Positions 56,575 through 64,000 of a stretch of DNA of 64,000 bases are shown here, piece after piece (the first letter of the stretch is position 1; each line of letters starts with the position of its first letter). The stretch covers positions 992,001-1,056,000 of the forward strand of contig OZ251992.1 of the NCBI GenBank assembly GCA_965246885.1, in the 5' to 3' direction. A model generated the notes under the pieces. It was not told where the DNA came from, ran no database searches, and was given only the letters and a program-made list of their open reading frames with translations. Both the position numbers and the translations under genes were made by a program. Source of the DNA: Abditibacterium sp. (lineage in GTDB: Bacteria > Armatimonadota > Abditibacteriia > Abditibacteriales > Abditibacteriaceae).

Positions 56575-57846
56575 ATGACCATCCTCTTGGCCCTTCTCTT
56601 TTGCCTCGCCATCGTGGCGCTGTTTGCCGCGTCCGAGGCAGCCTTAGCCGCGACCAACCGCGTGCGGCTCCGGCACCTACTGCGCGCCCAAAGCGGCGAA
56701 GAGGGCGGGGTCGCGCAACTTCTCAGTTCCGAACTTGACCGCGACGCCCAGAACTTTATTGCGTCCGTTACCCTCGCGGCCAACTTGCCCTTGGTCGCGG
56801 CGGCGGCCTTCGCGCTCCGTCTGGGGCGCGATAACTTCGGGGCGCGCGGCGCCCTCTTCGGCGCAGGGGTAGCGCTCCTCGCGCTGGTGGGGTTTCAAAT
56901 CGTGCCGCGCCTGCTTGTATCGGCTCCCGGCGCGCTCGAAAAACTGTGGTGGGTGCGGCCCGCGCGCTTTTTGCTGGCGTTGCTTTCGCCCTTAGTGGCG
57001 TTGTTGCTGGGCGTCGGGCGTTTGCTCTTGCGCCCGCTTCTTGCCGCCAACGCGCGCGCGGACTCCCAAAGTGCGGGGCAGGGTGACGCCGAACTGCTGG
57101 AACTTGTGGATTCGGCGGGCGACGGCGGCGACTTGTCGCAGTCGCGCGAACTCATCGCTTCCATCTTCACCTTCGGCGACACGCGCGTCCACGAAGTGAT
57201 GATCCCGCGCCCCGACATCACCGCGCTCCCCCAGACCGCGACTGCCGCCGATGCCATCGCGCTTTTTCAAGACACCGGCTTGTCCCGCTTGCCGCTTTAC
57301 AACCTCTCGATAGACGAGGTCGTGGGTATACTGCACGTCAAAGACGTGCTAAAGCAGTTGGGCGAGGGGCGCTTCGATTTCTCGCCGCGCGACCTGATGC
57401 GCGAGCCGCTTTATCTGCCCGAATCCCAGCCCATAGACGACGCCCTCGCGCGCATGCGAGCCGCCAAAACGCACCTCGCGCTCGTCATGGACGAATACGG
57501 CGGCACCGCCGGACTGCTGACGGTCGAGGATATTCTCGAAGAATTGGTTGGCGAAATCGCGGACGAACACGACCGCCGCGAAGACGAAGCCTTGCTTGTT
57601 CTGGACGCCCATACCGCCATTGCCGACGCCCGCCTCCACACCGACGACCTGCGCGAACAGTGGGGCGTGGCGCTGCCATCGGGCGGGTTCGATACTGTCG
57701 GCGGCTTCGTCATCGAAACCTTGGGCCGCGAAGCCCGCCTCAACGATGTCGTCGAAACCCCCGGCGCCCGTCTTAGCGTTTACTCGGTGCGCGGGAGAAG
57801 GCCGCGCAAGATTAAAATTGAAAAACTGGAGGGGGACAGCGACTGA
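56575..57846 (+). CDS. Hemolysin/CNNM (DUF21-CBS-CorC) family protein, paralog 2
   Basis: FAASEAAL, EVMIPRPD, SRLPLY, DEYGGTAGLLTVEDILEELVGEI, FDTVGGF. Confidence 0.92.
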   Translation: MTILLALLFCLAIVALFAASEAALAATNRVRLRHLLRAQSGEEGGVAQLLSSELDRDAQNFIASVTLAANLPLVAAAAFALRLGRDNFGARGALFGAGVALLALVGFQIVPRLLVSAPGALEKLWWVRPARFLLALLSPLVALLLGVGRLLLRPLLAANARADSQSAGQGDAELLELVDSAGDGGDLSQSRELIASIFTFGDTRVHEVMIPRPDITALPQTATAADAIALFQDTGLSRLPLYNLSIDEVVGILHVKDVLKQLGEGRFDFSPRDLMREPLYLPESQPIDDALARMRAAKTHLALVMDEYGGTAGLLTVEDILEELVGEIADEHDRREDEALLVLDAHTAIADARLHTDDLREQWGVALPSGGFDTVGGFVIETLGREARLNDVVETPGARLSVYSVRGRRPRKIKIEKLEGDSD

Positions 57847-58143
57847 AGTCGCAGCCAGCAAAGTCGTCGGCCTTCGCCGACAGAAGCACGTCAACGAAGG
57901 TTGACGTTTTCGCTGGCTGCGAATTGATTCGCTCGGTGGCAGGCGACTGAAGTCGCAGTCAGCAAAGTCGTCGGCCTTCGCCGACAGAAGCACGTCAACG
58001 AAGGTTGACGTTTTCGCTGGCTGCGAATTGATTCGCTCGGTGGCAGGCGACTGAAGTCGCAGCCAGCAAAGTCGTCGGCCTTCGCCGACAGAAGCACGTC
58101 AACGAAGGTTGACGTTTTCGCTGGCTGCGAATTGATTCGCTCG
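57839..58143. repeat. Tandem array of three 104-bp multi-hairpin palindromic units
   Basis: Units start at 57839, 57943 and 58047 (the last is 97 bp); I saw only one substitution (cagcc/cagtc in unit 2). Confidence 0.95.
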
Positions 58144-58201
58144 ATACTTATGCCTCGCGCAACCCGCGCCCATCGGACTTTTCTTTACTTGCATTCTTCT
58201 C

Positions 58202-59152
58202 ATGCCCATTACCGTTAGCACCAAAGCGCCCGCGAACACCAAAGGCGTTCCCTCGCCCATCGAAGAAGTCGTCGAAACGACCCGACTGCCCCAAGACAAA
58301 CTGATGGGGCTTGTGTCGCTGGGCGTTTGGATCGCCATCCTCCTCGTCGCTTGCGGCGTGTGGGATTTCTTTGAATCCACCAGCACCACCTTTGGCTATG
58401 GCATGCCCGTTTGGGCGCTTTTGGCGATTCTCGCGTATCTGGTGGTTGGCCCCGGCTACCTGTTGGGCAAGCTCCGCTCCAAGGGCGCCGCGCCCATTTC
58501 GACGCGCAACAAACCCACCATGAGCAGCCTGCTCGCCCGCGCCGCGCCGCTTTTCGCCATGCCCGAACCGGCGGCCTTCGTCGTCGAGCGCCCCAGCGCT
58601 TGCACCCGCGTGTGGCCCACTGCGCTCCTGTTTTCCAAGCCGCTTTTCGAGGTGATGGACGACAACGAGGCGTCGGTCTTGGCCGTGCGCGGCCTCGCCC
58701 ACCAAAAATTGGGGCACGCGCGCCGTTTGGCGATGCTCGACTTGCTCGACCAAACGCCCACCGTCACGAAAATTCTGGTGTGGCCCGTCGTCATCTACGC
58801 CCGTTTTCTGCGCCAACTGTGGCTCCCCCACGCCGAGCAAAGCGCCGACCGCTTGGCCTCCTTGCTTATCCGCAACCCGCTACTTATGATGAGCGCCATC
58901 CTCAAGGAATACGCCGCGTGCGACCCCGCCATGCAAGACTTTAGCATCACCTCCGCCGATGTCACAAACTGGATCGCCCAAAAAGGGCACATCGGCATGA
59001 AGGGCGAGGAGATTTCCACCCAATACAAACTGGGCCGCGCCATTCACGAAGCGCCCGTCTTAGAGGAACGCTTGCAAGAGTTGCAGCGCTGGAACGATTC
59101 GCCCGATTTCAAAGCCGCCGTCGACAAGCTGGCGAGCGCCAAGAAAGGCTAA
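58202..59152 (+). CDS. Membrane protein with a degenerate M48/HtpX-like peptidase domain
   Basis: Two N-terminal TM segments; MDDNEASVLAVRGLAHQKLGH and AEQSADRLA align to the M48 pattern, but HExxH is replaced by RGLAH. Confidence 0.7.
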   Translation: MPITVSTKAPANTKGVPSPIEEVVETTRLPQDKLMGLVSLGVWIAILLVACGVWDFFESTSTTFGYGMPVWALLAILAYLVVGPGYLLGKLRSKGAAPISTRNKPTMSSLLARAAPLFAMPEPAAFVVERPSACTRVWPTALLFSKPLFEVMDDNEASVLAVRGLAHQKLGHARRLAMLDLLDQTPTVTKILVWPVVIYARFLRQLWLPHAEQSADRLASLLIRNPLLMMSAILKEYAACDPAMQDFSITSADVTNWIAQKGHIGMKGEEISTQYKLGRAIHEAPVLEERLQELQRWNDSPDFKAAVDKLASAKKG

Positions 59153-59164
59153 TCACCCGCCGGG

Positions 59165-59326
59165 GCCAGTGAACGATTCGCCCGTACGGGCGGAAGAGTC
59201 ACACAGCCGGGCGAACGAATGACGCGGCTAATTCTTCCAATGGCGCGCCCCGGTGACTCGTCGGCGCGCTTCTGTCATTCCTCCGCGCGACCCGGTGACT
59301 CGTCGGCGCGGGCGGGCGCCTTCCTT
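59165..59326. repeat. Degenerate 21-bp period intergenic array (family B)
   Basis: gcgcg recurs at 59243, 59264, 59285 and 59306; cccggtgactcgtcggcgcg occurs twice, 42 bp apart; shares aatggcgcgccccggtg and ctaattctt with the 13042 array. Confidence 0.7.
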
Positions 59327-59420
59327 TTCGCTCCTCGACACGCGGCGCGGGGCGAATGGGTGCGGGCGTTGTCTATAACTCCTTCGCGCCCGTGTGGTGC
59401 GAACAGTCGCAGTTCCACCG

Positions 59421-62400
59421 ATGCCCTCTTCGTTTTCGCCGCGCCACTTTGGGCGCTCGCCGTTTGCGCGCCACGCGTCGCATTTGGCGCGCTTGCGAGG
59501 TAGGGCAAGACGGGCCAAGCGGGGGCGCGCGACCTTGGCGGTGCAAGGGTTGGGCGTCGCGGGCGCCCTCGTCACGGGTGGGCTGTTGTTCCAAAGCTGG
59601 ACGAACTGGCGCTTCAATCTCGCGGCGCAAATCGAAGTCGCGGCGCGCACGCAATACATCCCGCAGTTGGAGCGTGCATTGGGCCGCAGGGTCGAGGTCG
59701 GGCGCTTTTCGACCGATTGGCGCGGGCGCATGGTGCTTGAAAACATCGTGATTGGGCGCGACCCGCGCTTGCCGACGGGCGCGCTGTTGCAAGCCAAATC
59801 CGCAACGCTGTCGGTGGATTTGGTCGCCATCGCGCTGGGGCGGCGCGCTTTCCCGGACGCCCTGACGGGCGTGGATTTGGACGCGCCGCAGCTATATATC
59901 CGCCGCGACGCACGCGGGGCGTTCAACCTCGCCTCGCTCTTTAAGGGGTCGGGCAGCGCGGGCAAGCGCTGGAGCGGGCGCATCGGTTTTACCCATGCGC
60001 GGCTGGTATATCTCGATACCGGGATCCTCAACCGGCGCCGTCAGCCGCTTTTTCTCGATGCGCGCGGCGGGGCGGGGGGGGTAATGGTGTCGTCGCCGAC
60101 TCCCGACGCGAGCGCCTTTGAGTTCGAGGCGCGCACGGCGCGCACGCTGCTGCGGGGCGATGAGTTGGGCGCGCTTCCCGTGCGTGGACGGGTGGTCGCG
60201 GCGAGCCGTGCGCCCTTGCGTGGCTGGGTCGAGGCGCAAACGAGCGTTCCCCTGCCCGCGACGCTTCCCGCGCAGTGGGCGGCGCTGCCCTTTGCGGTGC
60301 GGGCGGGCACCTTCGAGGGCAGCGTCCAATTGGCGTGGGCGAAGGGCGCCGTTGCGCGCCGGGGAAGCGTGCGCTTGCAGGGTGTGGCGCTGTCGGTTCC
60401 GCGCGGGGCGAACGGGGCGCCCGTTGCGGTTGAGAACTTAAACGGCCCGCTCCGCTTTGTCGGGAGCGCGCTCGAAACGGCGGGCATGTCGGCGCAAGTG
60501 GCGGGCGCACCCGTCGCCGTCCGAGGCCGCGCGGCACTGGCGGCGGGGGAAATGGTCTTCGACGGGAGTGTGCGCGCCCCGGCGTTGCCAATGGCGACCG
60601 TGCGGCAACTGCTCGGCCCGAACACCCTGCCCGCCAACCTCGGCGCGGCCACGCTGAACATCGCCGCGCACGCGAGTGGCACGGGGCACACGCTGCGCGC
60701 CGACGGCACAGTCGAGGCGAAGAAAGTTAGCTGGCGCGGGCCGCGTGGGGGTGTCGCGCACGCGCCGCTTCTCCGTGCGACGGGCGTGATTGTCCGCAAT
60801 GGGACGGCGCCCCTCGCTTATGCCGCGCGCTTCGAGGCGCCAAACGCCGACTTCGCGGGCGACGTGCCGGGCGCAAACCGCGTGGCGGCGCGCGCCGCGA
60901 ACTGGACGGGCACCATTCGCAGTGCGGGCAAGGTGCTGGATATGAATGCCCATGCCGCCGACCTGCTCATGTCGTCGCCCAAGTGGGGCTATGCGCGCGC
61001 GCCGGGGGGGCAGTTGGTCGCTTCGACGGGCGGGGAGGGCGTTTGGCGGGGGCAGTTGGACATAGCGCGCGCGCAAACGGCGGGGCTGAAACTGGCGGCG
61101 TTGTCGCCGCGCGCGGGTTTAGTAGAGCGGACGGGGCTGTTGTCGGCGCGGGTCAATTTCGCGGGCGACCCGGCCCACATGAACGCGGCGCGGCTCGCGG
61201 GGGCGGTGTCGCTGAGCGAGGCGGCGCTGTCGCCCGCCGCAATCCCACCCGCCACACGCGCGCAGTTAATGCGGGTGTTCGGGGCGGGCTTCGACGCGCG
61301 ACGCTTTCTGGTCGGGCGGGATTTGGCGGCGCGGGTGTCGATCGAGAAGGGGGTGCTCCATGTTGCGGGAGCCACGATGCAAACTGAGGGCGGCCTTGTG
61401 TCGGGTGCGCTGTCAACGCCGTTATCCGCGCCCAATCCGCGCTATTCCTTTGCGCTACCCCAACTGCGCGTGCCGCGCAGTGTACTCGAAGCGGCGGCGC
61501 GCGCGCGAGGCGTGGAAGTCGGCGGCGATTGGGGTGCGACGGGCGCAGTATCGGGCGAGGGTGACGCGCGCGGCGTGGCCGTGCGCGCCAATATCGCGGT
61601 GCTGGCGCCGCAGTTCGCGGTGCGGGGCAGGGCGGGCGGGGCGCGTTTGGTTGGAAGCGGGGCACGCTTGGTCGTGCGCGCTAATGTCGGCGGCGCGGCG
61701 CCGGGGTGGAACGCGCTGCTGTCGTGCTCGGCGCTCGGCGTAACGGGAAGCGGCGCTTTGGGCGCGAGCGGTTTGGTCATCCCTCCGACGCTGGGCGGCG
61801 CGCGCATGGCGGGCGCCCGCATCGCCGCAACTTCCTTGCCCCGCGCGCGTTGGACGATGAGTTTGGATGCAGCGCATCTGGCGTTACCCGTGCACGCGGT
61901 CGCGGGCGCTCCCCTCGTGACGCTGCGCGAAGTGGCGGCGGTCGTGCATCCCGCGCGCGAGGGCGTTTCCGTCGAGCGAGTCGCGGCGAACTGGGGGGCG
62001 GCGGGGCGCTTGGACGGGGCGCTGCTCCTTGATGGGCGCGGTTTGTCGGGGCAACTGTTGGGGCGCGGCTTGGAAGCGCGGGCGCTGCAAACTCTGCTCG
62101 CTCCGGCGTCGGCGCGGGCGGGAACGCTGGCGGGCGCGATAGAAGGGCAAGTGACGCTCGCGCCCGATGCGGCGCCGCGCTTTGCGGGGCAGATGGCGCG
62201 GGGCACTCTAACGCTCGCGGGACGGCGCGAGCCGCTTGCGTTGCGCAGTGTGGCGCTGTCGGGCCAAAGTGAAACGGGCGGCGTGCGCGTGGATACGTTC
62301 GCGGGTTGGCTGAACGGGGCGCGGGTCAGTGGCGTGGGGAGCGCACAGTTTGCGGTGGGGCAGTACGCGGGGCGGGTGCAATTGGCGGGGCTAACGCTGG

Positions 62401-64000
62401 CACCGCTCGCGCGCTTGGTAGGGGCGCCGCCGCTCGATGGGTTGGCGCGGGCGGACGTGAAGTTGTCCTTTAATGCGCCGCGCTCGTTCTTTGCTTTAGA
62501 TGGGCGTGTGCATCTGGACGGCGGGGCGTTTCGGGGCGCTTCGCTGGACGCGAGCGAGGCGCTGGTGCACGGCAACTGGGACACGAAGGCGGGGGAGGGG
62601 GCGCTGAAACTGAGCGATTGGCGCGGGGAATGGGAAGGCGCACCATTCGCGGGGGCGCTGGCGCTCGATACGCGGGCAAACGCGTGGGGTTTGCAGTTGG
62701 CGGCGCCGAGTATCTCGCTCGCGCGGGCGGCGCGGCTCAAAGCGCGCTTGCAAAGCCCGACCGCGCCGGGCGCGGTGCTCATGAGTCTAACGCCGCCCGT
62801 CGAAGGAAGCGCGAGCGTGGTGTTGGACGTGGGCGGGAGTTTGCGCGACCGGTCGCGCGCTTTCGCGCCGCGCCTTGCGACGGGGCTGGCGCGCTTGGGG
62901 GTGCCGGTCTTGAAGTGGCGCGCGGCGACGTTGGGAGCACTCGATGGCACCTTCAACGTGGCGAAGGGGCGCTTGGAGTTTTCTTCGTTGCAACTGACGC
63001 CGCCCGACAAGGGCGACGGGAGTGGGCGGGCGCCGACCATCTCGCTGTTGGGAAGCGTTCCGCTCGATGGGCACTCTGGCCCGCTCGATGCGCGGCTGAG
63101 CATCGGCGAGGCGCCGCTCGACTTCTTTCTGGAAGCCTTGAAAGAAGGGCGTGACGCGCTCGCGGCGAGCGCTTATTCGTCGCCGTTCCTCGATACGGCG
63201 GTGAAGTATGCGGGCGGTTTGCCGCGCGGGTTGCAGGGGCGGGTCGCTTTGGAAGCGCACTTTGGCGGCTCGTTCGCGGCGCCGGTGCTCACTGTTTCGC
63301 GCCTCGCGCTACGGGACGGGCGGGCGCCGCTTCCGCTCGGTGGGTTGTCGCTTCCGGCCACGCTGGACGCGGCCTTTACCTTTTCCTCTGGCGATGTGAC
63401 GTTTGAGCGCGCGCAGTTCCGGCTCGCCAAGGTCGAGCGCGAGCCGCTTGCGCCCTCCGTCGCGGGCGCCTCGCCGCCCGACCCGAACGCGCCCGAAGAA
63501 GACGACACGCTCGTGCAAGTGCAGTCCGGCTCGAAGCTGTCCCTCTTGGGGGAGTCGAGCCTGTCCGCCGACGTGCTCAACGCCAACCTGTCGCAACTCG
63601 CGCCTTGGGTTCCGGCGCTACGTGGCAAAGACGGCGAGCCGCTTTTGAGCGGGCAGTTGGAAGGCTTCTCGTTCGCGGTGGCAGGCGCGGCGGTAGACCC
63701 GAAGGTGACGGCCTCGGTGGATGCGCAAAACATCGCCTTTCGCGGCGTCAAGCTCCAGCGTTTGCGCATCGCGCGCTTGGAGATTGGCGGCGGGCAAGCG
63801 AAGATAGCCCCCGGCAACCTGTCGGTGAAGGAGGGCCGCTTCGAGTCGAGCGCCGCGTCAGGAAGCGTCGCGTTCGATTGGCGGCAAGGGCTGGTGCCCG
63901 ATGGGGCGCTCCAGTTGCGCTTCCCGCTTGCCACCAAGGACTTTGGCGCCCTCGCCACCCTCTTCGTGCCGCAGGTGGCCGACGCGCGGGCGGAAGGGTT
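59421..64000 (+). CDS. Very large AsmA/TamB-like envelope protein, runs off the window
   Basis: Hand-translated start (MPSSFSPR..., TM anchor, LERALGRRVEVG) and end (LFVPQVADARAEG) are in the same frame; absent from the ORF track, consistent with no stop; Gly-rich beta-taco-like sequence. Confidence 0.78.
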   Translation, partial: MPSSFSPRHFGRSPFARHASHLARLRGRARRAKRGRATLAVQGLGVAGALVTGGLLFQSWTNWRFNLAAQIEVAARTQYIPQLERALGRRVEVGRFSTDWRGRMVLENIVIGRDPRLPTGALLQAKSATLSVDLVAIALGRRAFPDALTGVDLDAPQLYIRRDARGAFNLASLFKGSGSAGKRWSGRIGFTHARLVYLDTGILNRRRQPLFLDARGGAGGVMVSSPTPDASAFEFEARTARTLLRGDELGALPVRGRVVAASRAPLRGWVEAQTSVPLPATLPAQWAALPFAVRAGTFEGSVQLAWAKGAVARRGSVRLQGVALSVPRGANGAPVAVENLNGPLRFVGSALETAGMSAQVAGAPVAVRGRAALAAGEMVFDGSVRAPALPMATVRQLLGPNTLPANLGAATLNIAAHASGTGHTLRADGTVEAKKVSWRGPRGGVAHAPLLRATGVIVRNGTAPLAYAARFEAPNADFAGDVPGANRVAARAANWTGTIRSAGKVLDMNAHAADLLMSSPKWGYARAPGGQLVASTGGEGVWRGQLDIARAQTAGLKLAALSPRAGLVERTGLLSARVNFAGDPAHMNAARLAGAVSLSEAALSPAAIPPATRAQLMRVFGAGFDARRFLVGRDLAARVSIEKGVLHVAGATMQTEGGLVSGALSTPLSAPNPRYSFALPQLRVPRSVLEAAARARGVEVGGDWGATGAVSGEGDARGVAVRANIAVLAPQFAVRGRAGGARLVGSGARLVVRANVGGAAPGWNALLSCSALGVTGSGALGASGLVIPPTLGGARMAGARIAATSLPRARWTMSLDAAHLALPVHAVAGAPLVTLREVAAVVHPAREGVSVERVAANWGAAGRLDGALLLDGRGLSGQLLGRGLEARALQTLLAPASARAGTLAGAIEGQVTLAPDAAPRFAGQMARGTLTLAGRREPLALRSVALSGQSETGGVRVDTFAGWLNGARVSGVGSAQFAVGQYAGRVQLAGLTLAPLARLVGAPPLDGLARADVKLSFNAPRSFFALDGRVHLDGGAFRGASLDASEALVHGNWDTKAGEGALKLSDWRGEWEGAPFAGALALDTRANAWGLQLAAPSISLARAARLKARLQSPTAPGAVLMSLTPPVEGSASVVLDVGGSLRDRSRAFAPRLATGLARLGVPVLKWRAATLGALDGTFNVAKGRLEFSSLQLTPPDKGDGSGRAPTISLLGSVPLDGHSGPLDARLSIGEAPLDFFLEALKEGRDALAASAYSSPFLDTAVKYAGGLPRGLQGRVALEAHFGGSFAAPVLTVSRLALRDGRAPLPLGGLSLPATLDAAFTFSSGDVTFERAQFRLAKVEREPLAPSVAGASPPDPNAPEEDDTLVQVQSGSKLSLLGESSLSADVLNANLSQLAPWVPALRGKDGEPLLSGQLEGFSFAVAGAAVDPKVTASVDAQNIAFRGVKLQRLRIARLEIGGGQAKIAPGNLSVKEGRFESSAASGSVAFDWRQGLVPDGALQLRFPLATKDFGALATLFVPQVADARAEG

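Noticed and set aside
57839..57942. tRNA-like cloverleaf
   Set aside because: No TTC T-loop, D-loop GG, 7-nt anticodon loop or CCA end.
57839..58143. Possible CRISPR array
   Set aside because: The units are identical end to end with no unique spacers, the 104-bp period is too long, and there are no cas genes. Kept as a palindromic tandem repeat.
61442..63103. 553-aa minus-strand ORF and other ORFs in 59.4-64 kb
   Set aside because: They are shadows of the unlisted plus-strand TamB-like frame.

Overview
A GC-rich, gene-dense bacterial chromosome segment with about 60 CDS. I found no rRNA, tRNA, CRISPR array, intact transposase or prophage. The gene mix (several LacI/AraC regulators and PhyH dioxygenases, an H-X9-DG-CTERM remnant, TamB-like and PQQ-propeller envelope proteins) suggests a diderm soil bacterium such as Armatimonadota/Abditibacterium; this is inference only. 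Core genes include recQ (partial), prmC, a cyclophilin, topA-dprA, yceD-rpmF-plsX, gpmI, rsmG and clpS. Accessory modules are LacI-GH71, an AttH/ABC permease set, AraC-PhyH, a KS/CLF/FabG ketosynthase set, a LacI-controlled amino-sugar catabolic operon, and an Rrf2-sat-mec-cysM sulfur locus. The most unusual signals are non-coding: four dispersed intergenic arrays with strict 21-bp periodicity forming two related families, a 3x104-bp tandem array of four-hairpin palindromic units, and GTAG-type REP doublets. Several of these repeats supply the stop codons of adjacent genes. There is also a set of apparently intact genes that lack catalytic or DNA-binding motifs: an Lpd-like flavoprotein without CxxxxC, an M48-like protein without HExxH, an Ada lacking its first HTH, and a mini-PfkB. 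All calls come from reading the sequence and recalled motifs; no database searches were run.
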